The position numbers and the translations under genes were made by a program. 28,102 nt of DNA from the IMG/VR virus record IMGVR_UViG_3300029448_000007. One strand, written 5' to 3'. A model generated the notes under the pieces. It had not been told where the DNA came from. It searched no databases and saw only the letters and a program-made list of their open reading frames with translations. This DNA is from an uncultured virus (IMG/VR IMGVR_UViG_3300029448_000007) (Duplodnaviria > Heunggongvirae > Uroviricota > Caudoviricetes > Crassvirales). This document shows positions 18,735-26,991 of the stretch, in pieces (within the stretch, counting starts at the first letter, position 1; each line of letters starts with the position of its first letter).

Positions 18735-19021
18735 AGACGGTCACTGATAAGTTTAATAATAACCAGAGGTATAACAATAGAAAGAGCCAATGCAATAGGA
18801 TTATGACTGCATGTGACAGAAGCTGCTGTTAAATAAATAATAAATCCAAATGCAGCACTGGTAGGATTTACTTTTTGAATCATAGTAGTGAATCTAGCTT
18901 TGTACAAAGCATTCTTTTCACTTTTAGCGTAGATAGGAATCTCTTTTCCTTTCTTTGTAGTCACAATGTATTTGTTGTACTCCTCATGACTATTTGATTT
19001 TCTAGCAATTCTAATTTTCAT
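18731..19021 (-). CDS. Small protein with two C-terminal hydrophobic segments
   Basis: AAFGFIIYLTAASV and IALALSIVIPLVIIKLI. ATGA overlaps on both sides. Confidence 0.55.
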   Translation of the reverse strand: MKIRIARKSNSHEEYNKYIVTTKKGKEIPIYAKSEKNALYKARFTTMIQKVNPTSAAFGFIIYLTAASVTCSHNPIALALSIVIPLVIIKLISDRL

Positions 19022-19575
19022 ACCATTGTATTTTCTTCTTCTTGCAATTGCTCACAGTATGTAAGAAGGTCGGACAGTTCTATCCTTGTTTTTTCTTTCA
19101 GCACTGTTTTAAAGATGAAATAATCAGCTTGTCTTATATACTTGTAGTTTGTCTCAGAGTTTTCATTGATGTAGTTCTGAGTAGCTTCAAGTATCTGATC
19201 GTCTGTATAATCATACAGCGTTCTAAAACGAGCCATATTCTTCTCGACAAGTTTTTTGTTACCTATCGATTTAGATTTCAGACCTTCAAATAAAGATCTG
19301 TATTGACTAATAAAGTCACCTGATGTTTCAATGGTAAGCCCTTGTGTTACCTGTTTACCTTTATACCGCAGAGTATTTGAATACTGTCCTATCTTAATAT
19401 ACTTCTTTGCTTCAAGTATCTCTATGTCTTCTGCTGGTATTGGATATTCCTCACCCATCGCTAACATCACCAAGTAGGTATATTGATTTGGTGATATGGA
19501 TAACTCAGTAAGAAATTCTGTTTGGAAACTTATCTGCAATTGTTTTGAGAGTTTTAAGTTCCTCAAAGAAATCAT
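19018..19575 (-). CDS. Hypothetical protein (possible replication initiator/helicase loader)
   Basis: 185-aa ORF upstream of the helicase. The function is inferred from position only. Confidence 0.5.
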   Translation of the reverse strand: MISLRNLKLSKQLQISFQTEFLTELSISPNQYTYLVMLAMGEEYPIPAEDIEILEAKKYIKIGQYSNTLRYKGKQVTQGLTIETSGDFISQYRSLFEGLKSKSIGNKKLVEKNMARFRTLYDYTDDQILEATQNYINENSETNYKYIRQADYFIFKTVLKEKTRIELSDLLTYCEQLQEEENTMV

Positions 19576-19601
19576 CCAGAGCCTCTAGCTGAAAGTATAT
19601 C

Positions 19602-19805
19602 TCAGCTAAGGACTTCGGATTTGAATCTTCGGTACGCTTTTTCAACAGTTTCATCTTTGATATGAAATTCTAAGTAACCTTTATCTGTCTGTATCGTCCC
19701 TGAGATAGAACAATTTTCAACATCATTGCTATACACTTTAGGTCTAGCATCAATATGAAAATGTCCTAACTCAGGGTGTTCTTTGAATACTTTATCAATA
19801 TCCAT
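19602..19805 (-). CDS. Hypothetical protein
   Basis: 67-aa ORF overlapping the SF2 helicase end. Confidence 0.5.
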   Translation of the reverse strand: MDIDKVFKEHPELGHFHIDARPKVYSNDVENCSISGTIQTDKGYLEFHIKDETVEKAYRRFKSEVLS

Positions 19806-20919
19806 TTACTTCTGTTACATTGTACACATTCAAGTCAATCATTGACTTGTCAAACCATTTCTCTTCTTGAGTATATAGTGTCCTAAGAACGTACACTTTA
19901 CTCTTACCAGGAGAAAGTCTTAATCTTCCTAACCTTTGGATCATAGGTAATGTCTTACCATAATAGGAATGCATCAGAATATTCTGTACACCCTCTATGT
20001 TTGCACCTTGGGTCAGCAATTTAAATGAGGCGATGTTTTCAATCTTACCTCTCTCAAAAGCTTCTATTACTTGCGGACTATCTTTACGCTCACCTGAAAC
20101 TGTGTTTGGTGTGAGCTTTTCTAAAGCAGGTAAAGAGTTACCAAAGATAAGTAATCTTTTGGTGTCCTTGATAATTTTCTTAGCAACTTCATGCTTTGTA
20201 TTTGACGTATGCAGACATTCAAGACGCTTTCTGATAGCGTACTTCATCTGAAACTCTGCACTCTTTACACCTTTGTTTTTGAGCATAGCCGCTTTCTTAA
20301 AAGCTTTATCCCAATAGACATAGTTTTCCCACTCAGTAGTCATAAACTTTTTAGTCTTACTACCAGCCTCAATATTCTTTACTTTGTTGTCGAGTCTGAA
20401 GTTGACTACAATAATATCAAGTGGCTTTGACGTGCCGTTTTTGACACTATCGGTAAGTGAATAAGTATATACGACGGGAGCATACTTATCAAGTATGTCA
20501 CCCTTTGTGTAACCATCATACTCTACAGTTCTGTCAGTGGTTGCTGTCAAACCCATAAGCGCATCATAAGTATTGTTCTTATAAAACGATGAGTATGTAG
20601 GAGTTAGAGAGTCATGTATCTCATCAGCACCAACAAGTCCGAAGTGTTCTCCTTTCCATTTGTGTGCTGTTTGATATGTATTGAACTCAATCTCTACATC
20701 AAGAATTCTCTTGTCAATCTCTGCAAACTGCTGTATGTTTTTGCGTAGAGCATCTTCTCTGAGCTTTCTCTCCGCAAGGAATATCTTTCTACCTTCTGTA
20801 ACAAGACACGCTTTTAAAAACAACCATGTCTTACCAACACCTGTTGCTATCTCTGCAGTACCTTTCTTCGTTGGAAGCCATGCTTGTAAAGCTTCTTCCT
20901 GTATCTGATTTCTATTCAA
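19795..20919 (-). CDS. Superfamily 2 (DExH) helicase
   Basis: QEEA, ATGVGKT, ADEIHD, GLTAT, QGANI, QRLGRLR. Confidence 0.9.
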   Translation of the reverse strand: MNRNQIQEEALQAWLPTKKGTAEIATGVGKTWLFLKACLVTEGRKIFLAERKLREDALRKNIQQFAEIDKRILDVEIEFNTYQTAHKWKGEHFGLVGADEIHDSLTPTYSSFYKNNTYDALMGLTATTDRTVEYDGYTKGDILDKYAPVVYTYSLTDSVKNGTSKPLDIIVVNFRLDNKVKNIEAGSKTKKFMTTEWENYVYWDKAFKKAAMLKNKGVKSAEFQMKYAIRKRLECLHTSNTKHEVAKKIIKDTKRLLIFGNSLPALEKLTPNTVSGERKDSPQVIEAFERGKIENIASFKLLTQGANIEGVQNILMHSYYGKTLPMIQRLGRLRLSPGKSKVYVLRTLYTQEEKWFDKSMIDLNVYNVTEVNGY

Positions 20920-22730
20920 AACAAACTTCCTGTTTGGTTAACTATTTGATCTATGATCTTGTTAGCTTCTCTTGTGTAGAACTTGTAGTTGATATCTTTG
21001 AACTCGTGTGCATAATTAAACGGTTCAACATTATATCCTTTCCACACAAACTCTTTTCTTCCATCATCGTACTTTTTAAGAAGCACAGGCCCCTTGTTTG
21101 CAATAATATATCTAAAGTTCTTACCTACTGGCTCGTCACTATTGACGGTAACCAGATGACCTTTAGAATTTCTTCCAAACTTGGTAGCCATACAGAAGTC
21201 AAATATGTTATCTGACTCTTTAACTGTTTTTTCTACGGGTATTCCCTTTATAAAATAGTTCTCAATGGCTTTAGAAACAATGACCATCGAATGGTCTTTA
21301 TGAAACTCTCTTTCAGTGACAAACATTTTACCTTTCTTCTTTATCTTACCACTTGTGGTTTCAAAGATGAAGTTGTTGCAGTCACGCAAAGCCATCATTT
21401 TAAATCTGTCATACTCTACAGGAATATCAAAAGAAGCAAAAAACTCATCTGTAATTCTTTCCAACTCTTTTTCATTCTCAGGTTTGAGTTTATAAGTAAG
21501 ACCATCTGTGTTAGCATAAATTATCTTACCAACAGACTGTAGTTTTTCAGCCAACATAATAAGCATAAGCTGACCGTTAATAGTCACTTTGTATAAACAG
21601 AATGGGTCATACAAGAAAGAATACTCATCATTAAGTTTACCGTAGATAGAGTTAACAGTAATTTTTAATGACGCAGCTTCAAGTGCTGCTTCAGGGTCAC
21701 CTTTCTTTTTCTTGGCTTCAAGTCGTCTTGTAACTATCTCTCGTAGCACGTCAAGAAACTCAGGACCAAGATGCCTTGGAAATATATTAAATGTCAACAT
21801 CAGATGTGGGTAGTAGCTACCAGCATCTAAGTCTTTTAGAATAAACTCTCCTTCTTTTAAATAGAAAGGGTCGTTATCTGAATGCAAACCACCTTTTGCT
21901 ACTTTAAGTGGAAGCTCATCAAGTAAAAACTTGATCTCTTCAAAGTTACCGATGTTTTTTCTTCTTAGATCTTCAAGTAAAGACTGAAGTCTTGGGCTTT
22001 CAAATTTGATACGCTCATCAATAATATGTTCCATCCTGTAGTTGCGATACTGACCACGAAGATGTTTTATATAAGACTCTGCTTTACCTGTGACACGACA
22101 ATACTCTTTGAGCATTACTGTCTCACCAATAGCTGAGTTAGAGTGGTTTGATAGTTTTATACCATACTTTTTACCCAAGTCTTTACGAAGCTTGAGCATC
22201 TCTTGTGTTTCAAAGTGGTTGTAAAACTTCTCAGTCTCTCTAACATCATGTATATTATATGATATGACCTCATCAAATACAGACTCGTCAAGATAAGTTC
22301 CTGGAGGGTATGGAAGGTCTCTAACATCTTTAGACTGCATAGCAATCTCAAGACCTTTTAGTGATGTTCTCCGTGCTTTGTTATTGAAATGCCATAGCTT
22401 GAATAAATCAAGCTGTCGTATCCTATTTTTTACCATAGGATGCTTATTCTCAATAACTTCCTCATTGAAGTCGTATATAGCTTTGTTGATATCTTGAACA
22501 TGAGGTAAGTCTGAATCCATTACAAAGGATAAAATCTTTTGGTCATAGTGTAAACTATTAAAACCAATAAGACCTTTCACACCTTTGAGAAAATTATTCA
22601 TCTGTCTTAGCTCATTCTTTCTCTCGGAAACTTCGTAAGTATATACCTCATCTTCAAATGCAAATGTTACACAAAAGAAGTTAGGATATACCTCAATATC
22701 ATAGATATAGATCAGGCTTTTTTGCGCCAT
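20916..22730 (-). CDS. Family B DNA polymerase with 3'-5' exonuclease domain
   Basis: ExoI YDIEVY, ExoII GFNSLHYD, ExoIII YNIHDV. Polymerase motifs DLDAGSYYP, LKITVNSIYGK, YANTDG. Confidence 0.93.
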   Translation of the reverse strand: MAQKSLIYIYDIEVYPNFFCVTFAFEDEVYTYEVSERKNELRQMNNFLKGVKGLIGFNSLHYDQKILSFVMDSDLPHVQDINKAIYDFNEEVIENKHPMVKNRIRQLDLFKLWHFNNKARRTSLKGLEIAMQSKDVRDLPYPPGTYLDESVFDEVISYNIHDVRETEKFYNHFETQEMLKLRKDLGKKYGIKLSNHSNSAIGETVMLKEYCRVTGKAESYIKHLRGQYRNYRMEHIIDERIKFESPRLQSLLEDLRRKNIGNFEEIKFLLDELPLKVAKGGLHSDNDPFYLKEGEFILKDLDAGSYYPHLMLTFNIFPRHLGPEFLDVLREIVTRRLEAKKKKGDPEAALEAASLKITVNSIYGKLNDEYSFLYDPFCLYKVTINGQLMLIMLAEKLQSVGKIIYANTDGLTYKLKPENEKELERITDEFFASFDIPVEYDRFKMMALRDCNNFIFETTSGKIKKKGKMFVTEREFHKDHSMVIVSKAIENYFIKGIPVEKTVKESDNIFDFCMATKFGRNSKGHLVTVNSDEPVGKNFRYIIANKGPVLLKKYDDGRKEFVWKGYNVEPFNYAHEFKDINYKFYTREANKIIDQIVNQTGSLF

Positions 22731-23143
22731 TCTCCAAGGTTGAGTTTATGTATATCAATAGCATCTGAAATAAGATTCAAATTTGGAAAATAAAGAATTA
22801 TAACAGGTATCTGAATAAATGCTCTGTATGGGTCACAATAGATGTCCATACAACCTATTATCACAATCCAAAGGTATAAGATAGGTAGTGCAATAAGAGA
22901 AATCATCTCTGTCCATAAATACTTAGGGCCTTTGACAGCCACAGAGTTTTGAATTACCTCACCCAAACTATTATTGCTTGTGATTGAAAAGAAAAGACCT
23001 ATTGTAGCCGCTGCTATAATAGGATCCCAAATCATCAAAACAAATAGTGCAATGAGTAGAAGTCTTTGCCAGAATGTAGGCAAATGGTTACCACTGAACA
23101 GAAGAAACCTTCTATTGGTGATAGGTTTGAAGAAATTTTTCAT
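22712..23143 (-). CDS. Multi-pass membrane protein
   Basis: Three to four hydrophobic segments. Confidence 0.6.
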   Translation of the reverse strand: MKNFFKPITNRRFLLFSGNHLPTFWQRLLLIALFVLMIWDPIIAAATIGLFFSITSNNSLGEVIQNSVAVKGPKYLWTEMISLIALPILYLWIVIIGCMDIYCDPYRAFIQIPVIILYFPNLNLISDAIDIHKLNLGEWRKKA

Positions 23144-23609
23144 ACTCTGGTTTTATTTCATCTAAAATCTTTCTTGAGTAATTCTTTTTGCCCAGGTTTT
23201 CATCTATCTGAACAAAAGGATAGTCAATTAATCTTTTGCGTAGAACATAAGCAGCGTCATACCCATATTTATTCTCTATGTGATTGATAAATATGTTTGT
23301 ATGATCTTCTTCATCTTCATAAGCAACGTCAATCTTTAACAACTCAAGTCGTAGAGGTTTTTGACGTTTAATGGAATTGATGTGGAGGTTGTTGATGTAG
23401 AAACCTTTAGCCATTTTCTTAAAATAGTTGACAACATGAGGTATAGATTTGAACTCAGAATCTATCAAAGATTCTACTCTTTCAAGCATATTGTCTAAAG
23501 CTTTGTCAATAGCTATGTCATCTAAATCTTTATGCCTAAACGCGTAATAAAATATTTCAGGCTGTAGAATTTTCGTGTTCTCTACTATCTCCCAACTTAA
23601 TTTTATCAT
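23112..23609 (-). CDS. Hypothetical protein, possibly ECF sigma-factor-like
   Basis: 165 aa. Helical N-domain (IFYYAF...VVNYFKKMAKGFYIN) and C-terminal HTH-like segment (YVLRKRLIDYPFVQIDENLG). Confidence 0.4.
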   Translation of the reverse strand: MIKLSWEIVENTKILQPEIFYYAFRHKDLDDIAIDKALDNMLERVESLIDSEFKSIPHVVNYFKKMAKGFYINNLHINSIKRQKPLRLELLKIDVAYEDEEDHTNIFINHIENKYGYDAAYVLRKRLIDYPFVQIDENLGKKNYSRKILDEIKPEYEKFLQTYHQ

Positions 23610-24126
23610 GGTAGGTATCTAAAAGGTTATTTAGTTTTACGTTAGCCCAGTTGTGACCAGCGTTAGAAATCTCACCACCGATGTTTTTTATATCAGAGAA
23701 TAAATCTCTAACAACATCTTTGAGGTCATTTGTTTTTCTAATGTATTCTTCTTTTAGAACATCTTCTCTTTGCTTGTTATCTAACTGGTCTAAGATAAAA
23801 CTAAAATACTGTTTACTCTTTACTCTTCTCCATATAGGGTCAAGAATACTAATAGCTCTCTGATATTCTTCTTGAATAATCTCGTTGTCGGAGTCAATAG
23901 TACGCTTTTCTAATTTAATACAACTAGTTCTGTGAATACAGCCTAGTTCTTCAGCAATTTCTGTTGGTTTTGCTTCACCAAGTCTAAATAATATGTATAG
24001 ATTTCTTGCAAATACTGCAGCGGCTCTTCTGTTTGGAACCAATACTTCATCAATAGTAATAGTCGAGCTTCTAAAATGCTGTGTTACATTACAGCATTCA
24101 ATCATAAATTCTGGATGTTTGATCAT
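23557..24126 (-). CDS. Protein with DnaA domain IV (Bac_DnaA_C)-like helix-turn-helix
   Basis: ITIDEVLVPNRRAAAVFARNLYIL...PTEIAEELGCIHRTSCI resembles DnaA R...VxARQIAMYL...LxEIGxxFGxRDHTTV. Confidence 0.6.
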   Translation of the reverse strand: MIKHPEFMIECCNVTQHFRSSTITIDEVLVPNRRAAAVFARNLYILFRLGEAKPTEIAEELGCIHRTSCIKLEKRTIDSDNEIIQEEYQRAISILDPIWRRVKSKQYFSFILDQLDNKQREDVLKEEYIRKTNDLKDVVRDLFSDIKNIGGEISNAGHNWANVKLNNLLDTYHDKIKLGDSREHENSTA

Positions 24127-24262
24127 CTAAAATTTCTTTTACGGATTTACCAAAGACTTCTTGTACAGCTTGTTCTGCTGTTTTACCTTCAGTTACTAAC
24201 TTTTTTGCTTCCTTATATTTCTCATTCCAAGAGTCTTCCCAAAATGTAAAGTCGTTACTCAT
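24098..24262 (-). CDS. Hypothetical 54-aa protein
   Basis: Manual translation MSNDFTFWEDSWNEKYKEAKKLVTEGKTAEQAVQEVFGKSV..., with TAATG coupling to the upstream ORF. Confidence 0.5.
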   Translation of the reverse strand: MSNDFTFWEDSWNEKYKEAKKLVTEGKTAEQAVQEVFGKSVKEILDDQTSRIYD

Positions 24263-24480
24263 TATAAAAACCTTGGTGGTTCAAACCATTTTTTAGATAT
24301 TTCATAAACAGAATCATAAACGGAATCGTCAAGATAATCTGCCTCTGTAACTTCAACAACCCACTTTTTAGATTTTGAATTGAATCTCTTTAATCTAACA
24401 AGACACCATGCTAAATTATGAGGAACACCAAGGTTATCTTGTAGTCTGACAATATCACCTACTTCATACTTTATTTTCAT
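24262..24480 (-). CDS. Small SH3-like beta-barrel hypothetical protein
   Basis: KYEVGDIVRL start motif typical of small phage SH3-fold proteins. Confidence 0.55.
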   Translation of the reverse strand: MKIKYEVGDIVRLQDNLGVPHNLAWCLVRLKRFNSKSKKWVVEVTEADYLDDSVYDSVYEISKKWFEPPRFL

Positions 24481-24707
24481 TTTGTTTTAAATTTTTTACG
24501 AAGTTTTCTTACATATTCAAGTAAAGCCATTGCTACTCTTTGATCGGAATCAAACATTCTAGTTAAGCTGGATTCATACATAAATAATTTATCCCACTCA
24601 TAACTTGAAAGTTGACTCATTTCCCAAAGCTCTTTGTCTTTTACTCTTGATGGTATATTGCACTCACAGTTTTCAACTGTTTGATTACAATATTTACAAT
24701 CACTCAT
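24477..24707 (-). CDS. Small protein with N-terminal CxxC...CxC motif
   Basis: MSDCKYCNQTVENCECNIPS. Its ATG comes from the repeat at 24705. Confidence 0.6.
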   Translation of the reverse strand: MSDCKYCNQTVENCECNIPSRVKDKELWEMSQLSSYEWDKLFMYESSLTRMFDSDQRVAMALLEYVRKLRKKFKTK

Positions 24708-25090
24708 CTCTCTTCGGTGTTATCGGGTGTTGTGTCTAATGCTATCCTAAGTACCCATTTAAGAGTATTAATATCTCGCTGAACATCTTCTTTCGCTTGC
24801 ATATAATGTCCTCTAACTTTTGCATCTTCTTCTTTGATTAGAAGTTTTTCAACTGCATCAAGATTTTTTTGCAATTCGTCTATTTTATTCTGTATCTCTT
24901 TTCGATTTTTCATTTCAACATCAGGCATTATACCAAACACCTCATTAATTGTTTCTTTACTATACCCATCTATCTCTAATGCTAATTCTATTGCGCCCCT
25001 AATAGCATAAGGGTAATGACACGTTTTAGTATCTATTGTTACTATTGGTGTTTGAATTTCACTTTGGTTTCTTTCAATAATTATCTTCAT
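24704..25090 (-). CDS. Hypothetical protein (probably two fused modules), ends DNTEER
   Basis: Start reassigned to the repeat-borne ATG at 25090 (MKIIIERN). Internal MKNRKEIQ coiled-coil module. Confidence 0.6.
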   Translation of the reverse strand: MKIIIERNQSEIQTPIVTIDTKTCHYPYAIRGAIELALEIDGYSKETINEVFGIMPDVEMKNRKEIQNKIDELQKNLDAVEKLLIKEEDAKVRGHYMQAKEDVQRDINTLKWVLRIALDTTPDNTEER

Positions 25091-25131
25091 CTCTCTTTGG
25101 TGTTTGTTATTAGATGTTGTAAAACATAAAA

Positions 25132-25299
25132 TTATTCCATCCATTTCTTAGTGCGCCTTAAAAACTTCTTACGGTCATATTTTTTCCACCAACCTTTTTT
25201 GAAGTAAGATAAGTGTTTACCTTTTTTATCCAAAGGCGCACCACAATCACCTTCTTCGTAATTGTGCCATTTCTCTGTTTTTACTCTTCCTATTTTCAT
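25132..25299 (-). CDS. Hypothetical 55-aa basic protein
   Basis: MKIGRVKTEKWHNYEEGDCGAPLDKKGKHLSYFKKGWWKKYDRKKFLRRTKKWME*. Starts at a repeat ATG. Confidence 0.6.
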   Translation of the reverse strand: MKIGRVKTEKWHNYEEGDCGAPLDKKGKHLSYFKKGWWKKYDRKKFLRRTKKWME

Positions 25300-25331
25300 C
25301 TCTCTTTGGTTTTAGCGGGTGTTATGGTGCA

Positions 25332-25526
25332 TTATCCCTCGCTAGGTACTTTTGTCTTTTCTCTAGGCTGTTTGGTTTCGTAGTACCAAATATGAATCAT
25401 CGGAAAATTCCTAACACTACCGTCTTCAAACAATAAAGCCAAGGTACACCCCTCAATAAAATGAGATAGTACATTATCATAATGAATTGGTGTTGTCGTG
25501 TCTTTTAGTTTAATCTTTACTTTCAT
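25332..25526 (-). CDS. Hypothetical 64-aa protein
   Basis: Starts at a repeat ATG and stops just before the GTT core at 25321. Confidence 0.6.
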   Translation of the reverse strand: MKVKIKLKDTTTPIHYDNVLSHFIEGCTLALLFEDGSVRNFPMIHIWYYETKQPREKTKVPSEG

Positions 25527-25849
25527 CTCTCTTTGGTGTTTAGTTTAATTTTAGCAGTTTCCAAGCCTCTCCAAATTACACAAGTGGGAAACTTGATTTC
25601 CGTTTTTAACCCCATGTCAAGGGCAATATCTTGAAAGTCTTGAGACATTTCATGCCGCAAATAGCAAAGCATTGAATTTGTTTCTGTCTCAAAAGACCAA
25701 TGAGCATCGTTACCATTACCACTTTGGTCGTACCAAGTTGAAATATAGCCGGTCACCTCTCTTTTGTAAGGCTCACCCACATAAGTGGTGCTTAATCTCC
25801 TTGTTGAGTATGCAGCAAGTGCTTTAGGGTATTCGTTAAGTACGTTCAT
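25523..25849 (-). CDS. Hypothetical protein, ends LNTKER
   Basis: Starts and ends in repeat copies. Contains AAYSTRRL and WYDQSGNGNDA. Confidence 0.6.
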   Translation of the reverse strand: MNVLNEYPKALAAYSTRRLSTTYVGEPYKREVTGYISTWYDQSGNGNDAHWSFETETNSMLCYLRHEMSQDFQDIALDMGLKTEIKFPTCVIWRGLETAKIKLNTKER

Positions 25850-26004
25850 CTCTCTTTGGTGTTTAGATGTTCAAGAATATCAGCGGCCAGGTCCCTGATC
25901 TCTACCAAGATGTCACAAATATCAACGGCCACTTCCCTGACCTTCTTCGCACAGAAGAAGATCACGGAGCACAGGGCGATGGTCAAAAGGATCGTCTGTA
26001 TCAT
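25846..26004 (-). CDS. Small membrane-anchored protein, ends LNTKER
   Basis: MIQTILLTIALCSVIFFCAKKVREVAVDICDILVEIRDLAADILEHLNTKER*. Bounded by two repeats and visibly more GC-rich than its neighbours. Confidence 0.6.
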   Translation of the reverse strand: MIQTILLTIALCSVIFFCAKKVREVAVDICDILVEIRDLAADILEHLNTKER

Positions 26005-26042
26005 TTCTCTTTGGTGTTAGCAGTTGTTGTAGTGCATTGTGC

Positions 26043-26240
26043 CTACCATATTATTGGTCGTTCACACCTTCCGCAAAGTCCTGGCCTACCATCAATATCA
26101 GGTAGTTCACATTCACAACGGCACAACGTACCCTTCGGTTTCATTTTGCATAAATCAAAAAGTCCTTTGTGTTTTTCCTTTGAGGGTATGTGACATTCAC
26201 AATTCTCAATGGTCTGTCCACATTCTTTGCAGTTTTTCAT
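26043..26240 (-). CDS. Small Cys-rich (double Zn-finger-like) protein
   Basis: CKEC...CEC and CRCEC...CGRC motifs. Confidence 0.6.
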   Translation of the reverse strand: MKNCKECGQTIENCECHIPSKEKHKGLFDLCKMKPKGTLCRCECELPDIDGRPGLCGRCERPIIW

Positions 26241-26263
26241 ATTTCTTTAAACGTTGTGGTGCA

Positions 26264-26404
26264 TTAGACTAAATCAATCACTTCAATCGTAAACGCTACT
26301 CCTTCTGTAGAGTAGTGGCGAAGTGCAAACCTGTGTGCGATTCTCGTATAGCTTCGGTCTACTATTTTACCGTTTACTATAATTCTGTATTCTTTCTGAG
26401 GCAT
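26264..26404 (-). CDS. Hypothetical 46-aa protein
   Basis: MPQKEYRIIVNGKIVDRSYTRIAHRFALRHYSTEGVAFTIEVIDLV*. Starts at a repeat ATG and stops beside the core at 26253. Confidence 0.55.
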   Translation of the reverse strand: MPQKEYRIIVNGKIVDRSYTRIAHRFALRHYSTEGVAFTIEVIDLV

Positions 26405-26430
26405 CTTTCTTTGGTGTTAGTGGGTGTTAG

Positions 26431-26625
26431 CTACAATATTCTCTCGGATAGTTTATGCCCTTCTTCCGTAGGAAACTTATGTCCACATTTTGGGCACTTG
26501 CATCTAAGAGTAATGTAACCGTTTAATATTCGGTTTAGCTTCGATTTCATTTCTGCATCATCAGTACAGTTGTAAAGGCTAATAATCTCTTCCTTTAGTT
26601 CTTCTCTAATTTCTTCGTTTGTCAT
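26431..26625 (-). CDS. Small protein with CPKCG zinc-knuckle
   Basis: LRCKCPKCGHKF. Stop lies inside the core site GTTAGCTACAAT at 26426. Confidence 0.55.
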   Translation of the reverse strand: MTNEEIREELKEEIISLYNCTDDAEMKSKLNRILNGYITLRCKCPKCGHKFPTEEGHKLSERIL

Positions 26626-26658
26626 ATCATTAAGTTTTATTTAATTCGCTCATAGGGC

Positions 26659-26829
26659 TTATCTCTCTTCGGTGTTGCAAGTTACTATGTAAGGAGGGTT
26701 ACACGGATTCCGAGTGTCGTTTGGATAGTATGGGTGTATTACTACATGATTTTCTGATAGTAGTATTACTGCTTCTTCTGCTGTAATGTGATTACCCTCT
26801 AATAATCTCTGAATTATCTCTGCTTTCAT
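26659..26829 (-). CDS. Hypothetical 56-aa protein, ends NTEER
   Basis: MKAEIIQRLLEGNHITAEEAVILL...YIVTCNTEER*. Bounded by repeats. Confidence 0.6.
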   Translation of the reverse strand: MKAEIIQRLLEGNHITAEEAVILLSENHVVIHPYYPNDTRNPCNPPYIVTCNTEER

Positions 26830-26969
26830 CTCTCTTTAGTCTTTAGGTATAGCTCAAAAAGTTCAGATAACTTTACCCATTCATTGATATGATTTTTGTA
26901 TAGCCAATAATGAAATTCGGTGTTAAACTCCCTTTTATTCTTGAAGTAGTTTTTTCTGATTTCACTCAT
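26826..26969 (-). CDS. Hypothetical 47-aa protein, ends KTKER
   Basis: MSEIRKNYFKNKREFNTEFHYWLYKNHINEWVKLSELFELYLKTKER*. Bounded by repeats. Confidence 0.6.
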   Translation of the reverse strand: MSEIRKNYFKNKREFNTEFHYWLYKNHINEWVKLSELFELYLKTKER

Positions 26970-26991
26970 CTCTCTTTGGTGTTAGCTGGTG

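Noticed and set aside
20916..22730. Intron or intein in the polymerase or helicases
   Set aside because: Motifs are contiguous, lengths are compact, and no splicing motifs are visible.
255..23863. Numerous short overlapping or antisense ORFs in the six-frame track
   Set aside because: They are shadows of longer genes with recognisable motifs and have no independent support.
26110..26265. A fourth attC hairpin ending at the core at 26253
   Set aside because: The core is present, but I could not find a complementary inverse core or paired arms upstream.
25867..26518. Plus-strand ORFs (25867-26193, 26039-26272, 26315-26518) as sense cassette genes
   Set aside because: They cross the repeat junctions and are antisense to minus-strand ORFs that start exactly at the repeat ATGs.
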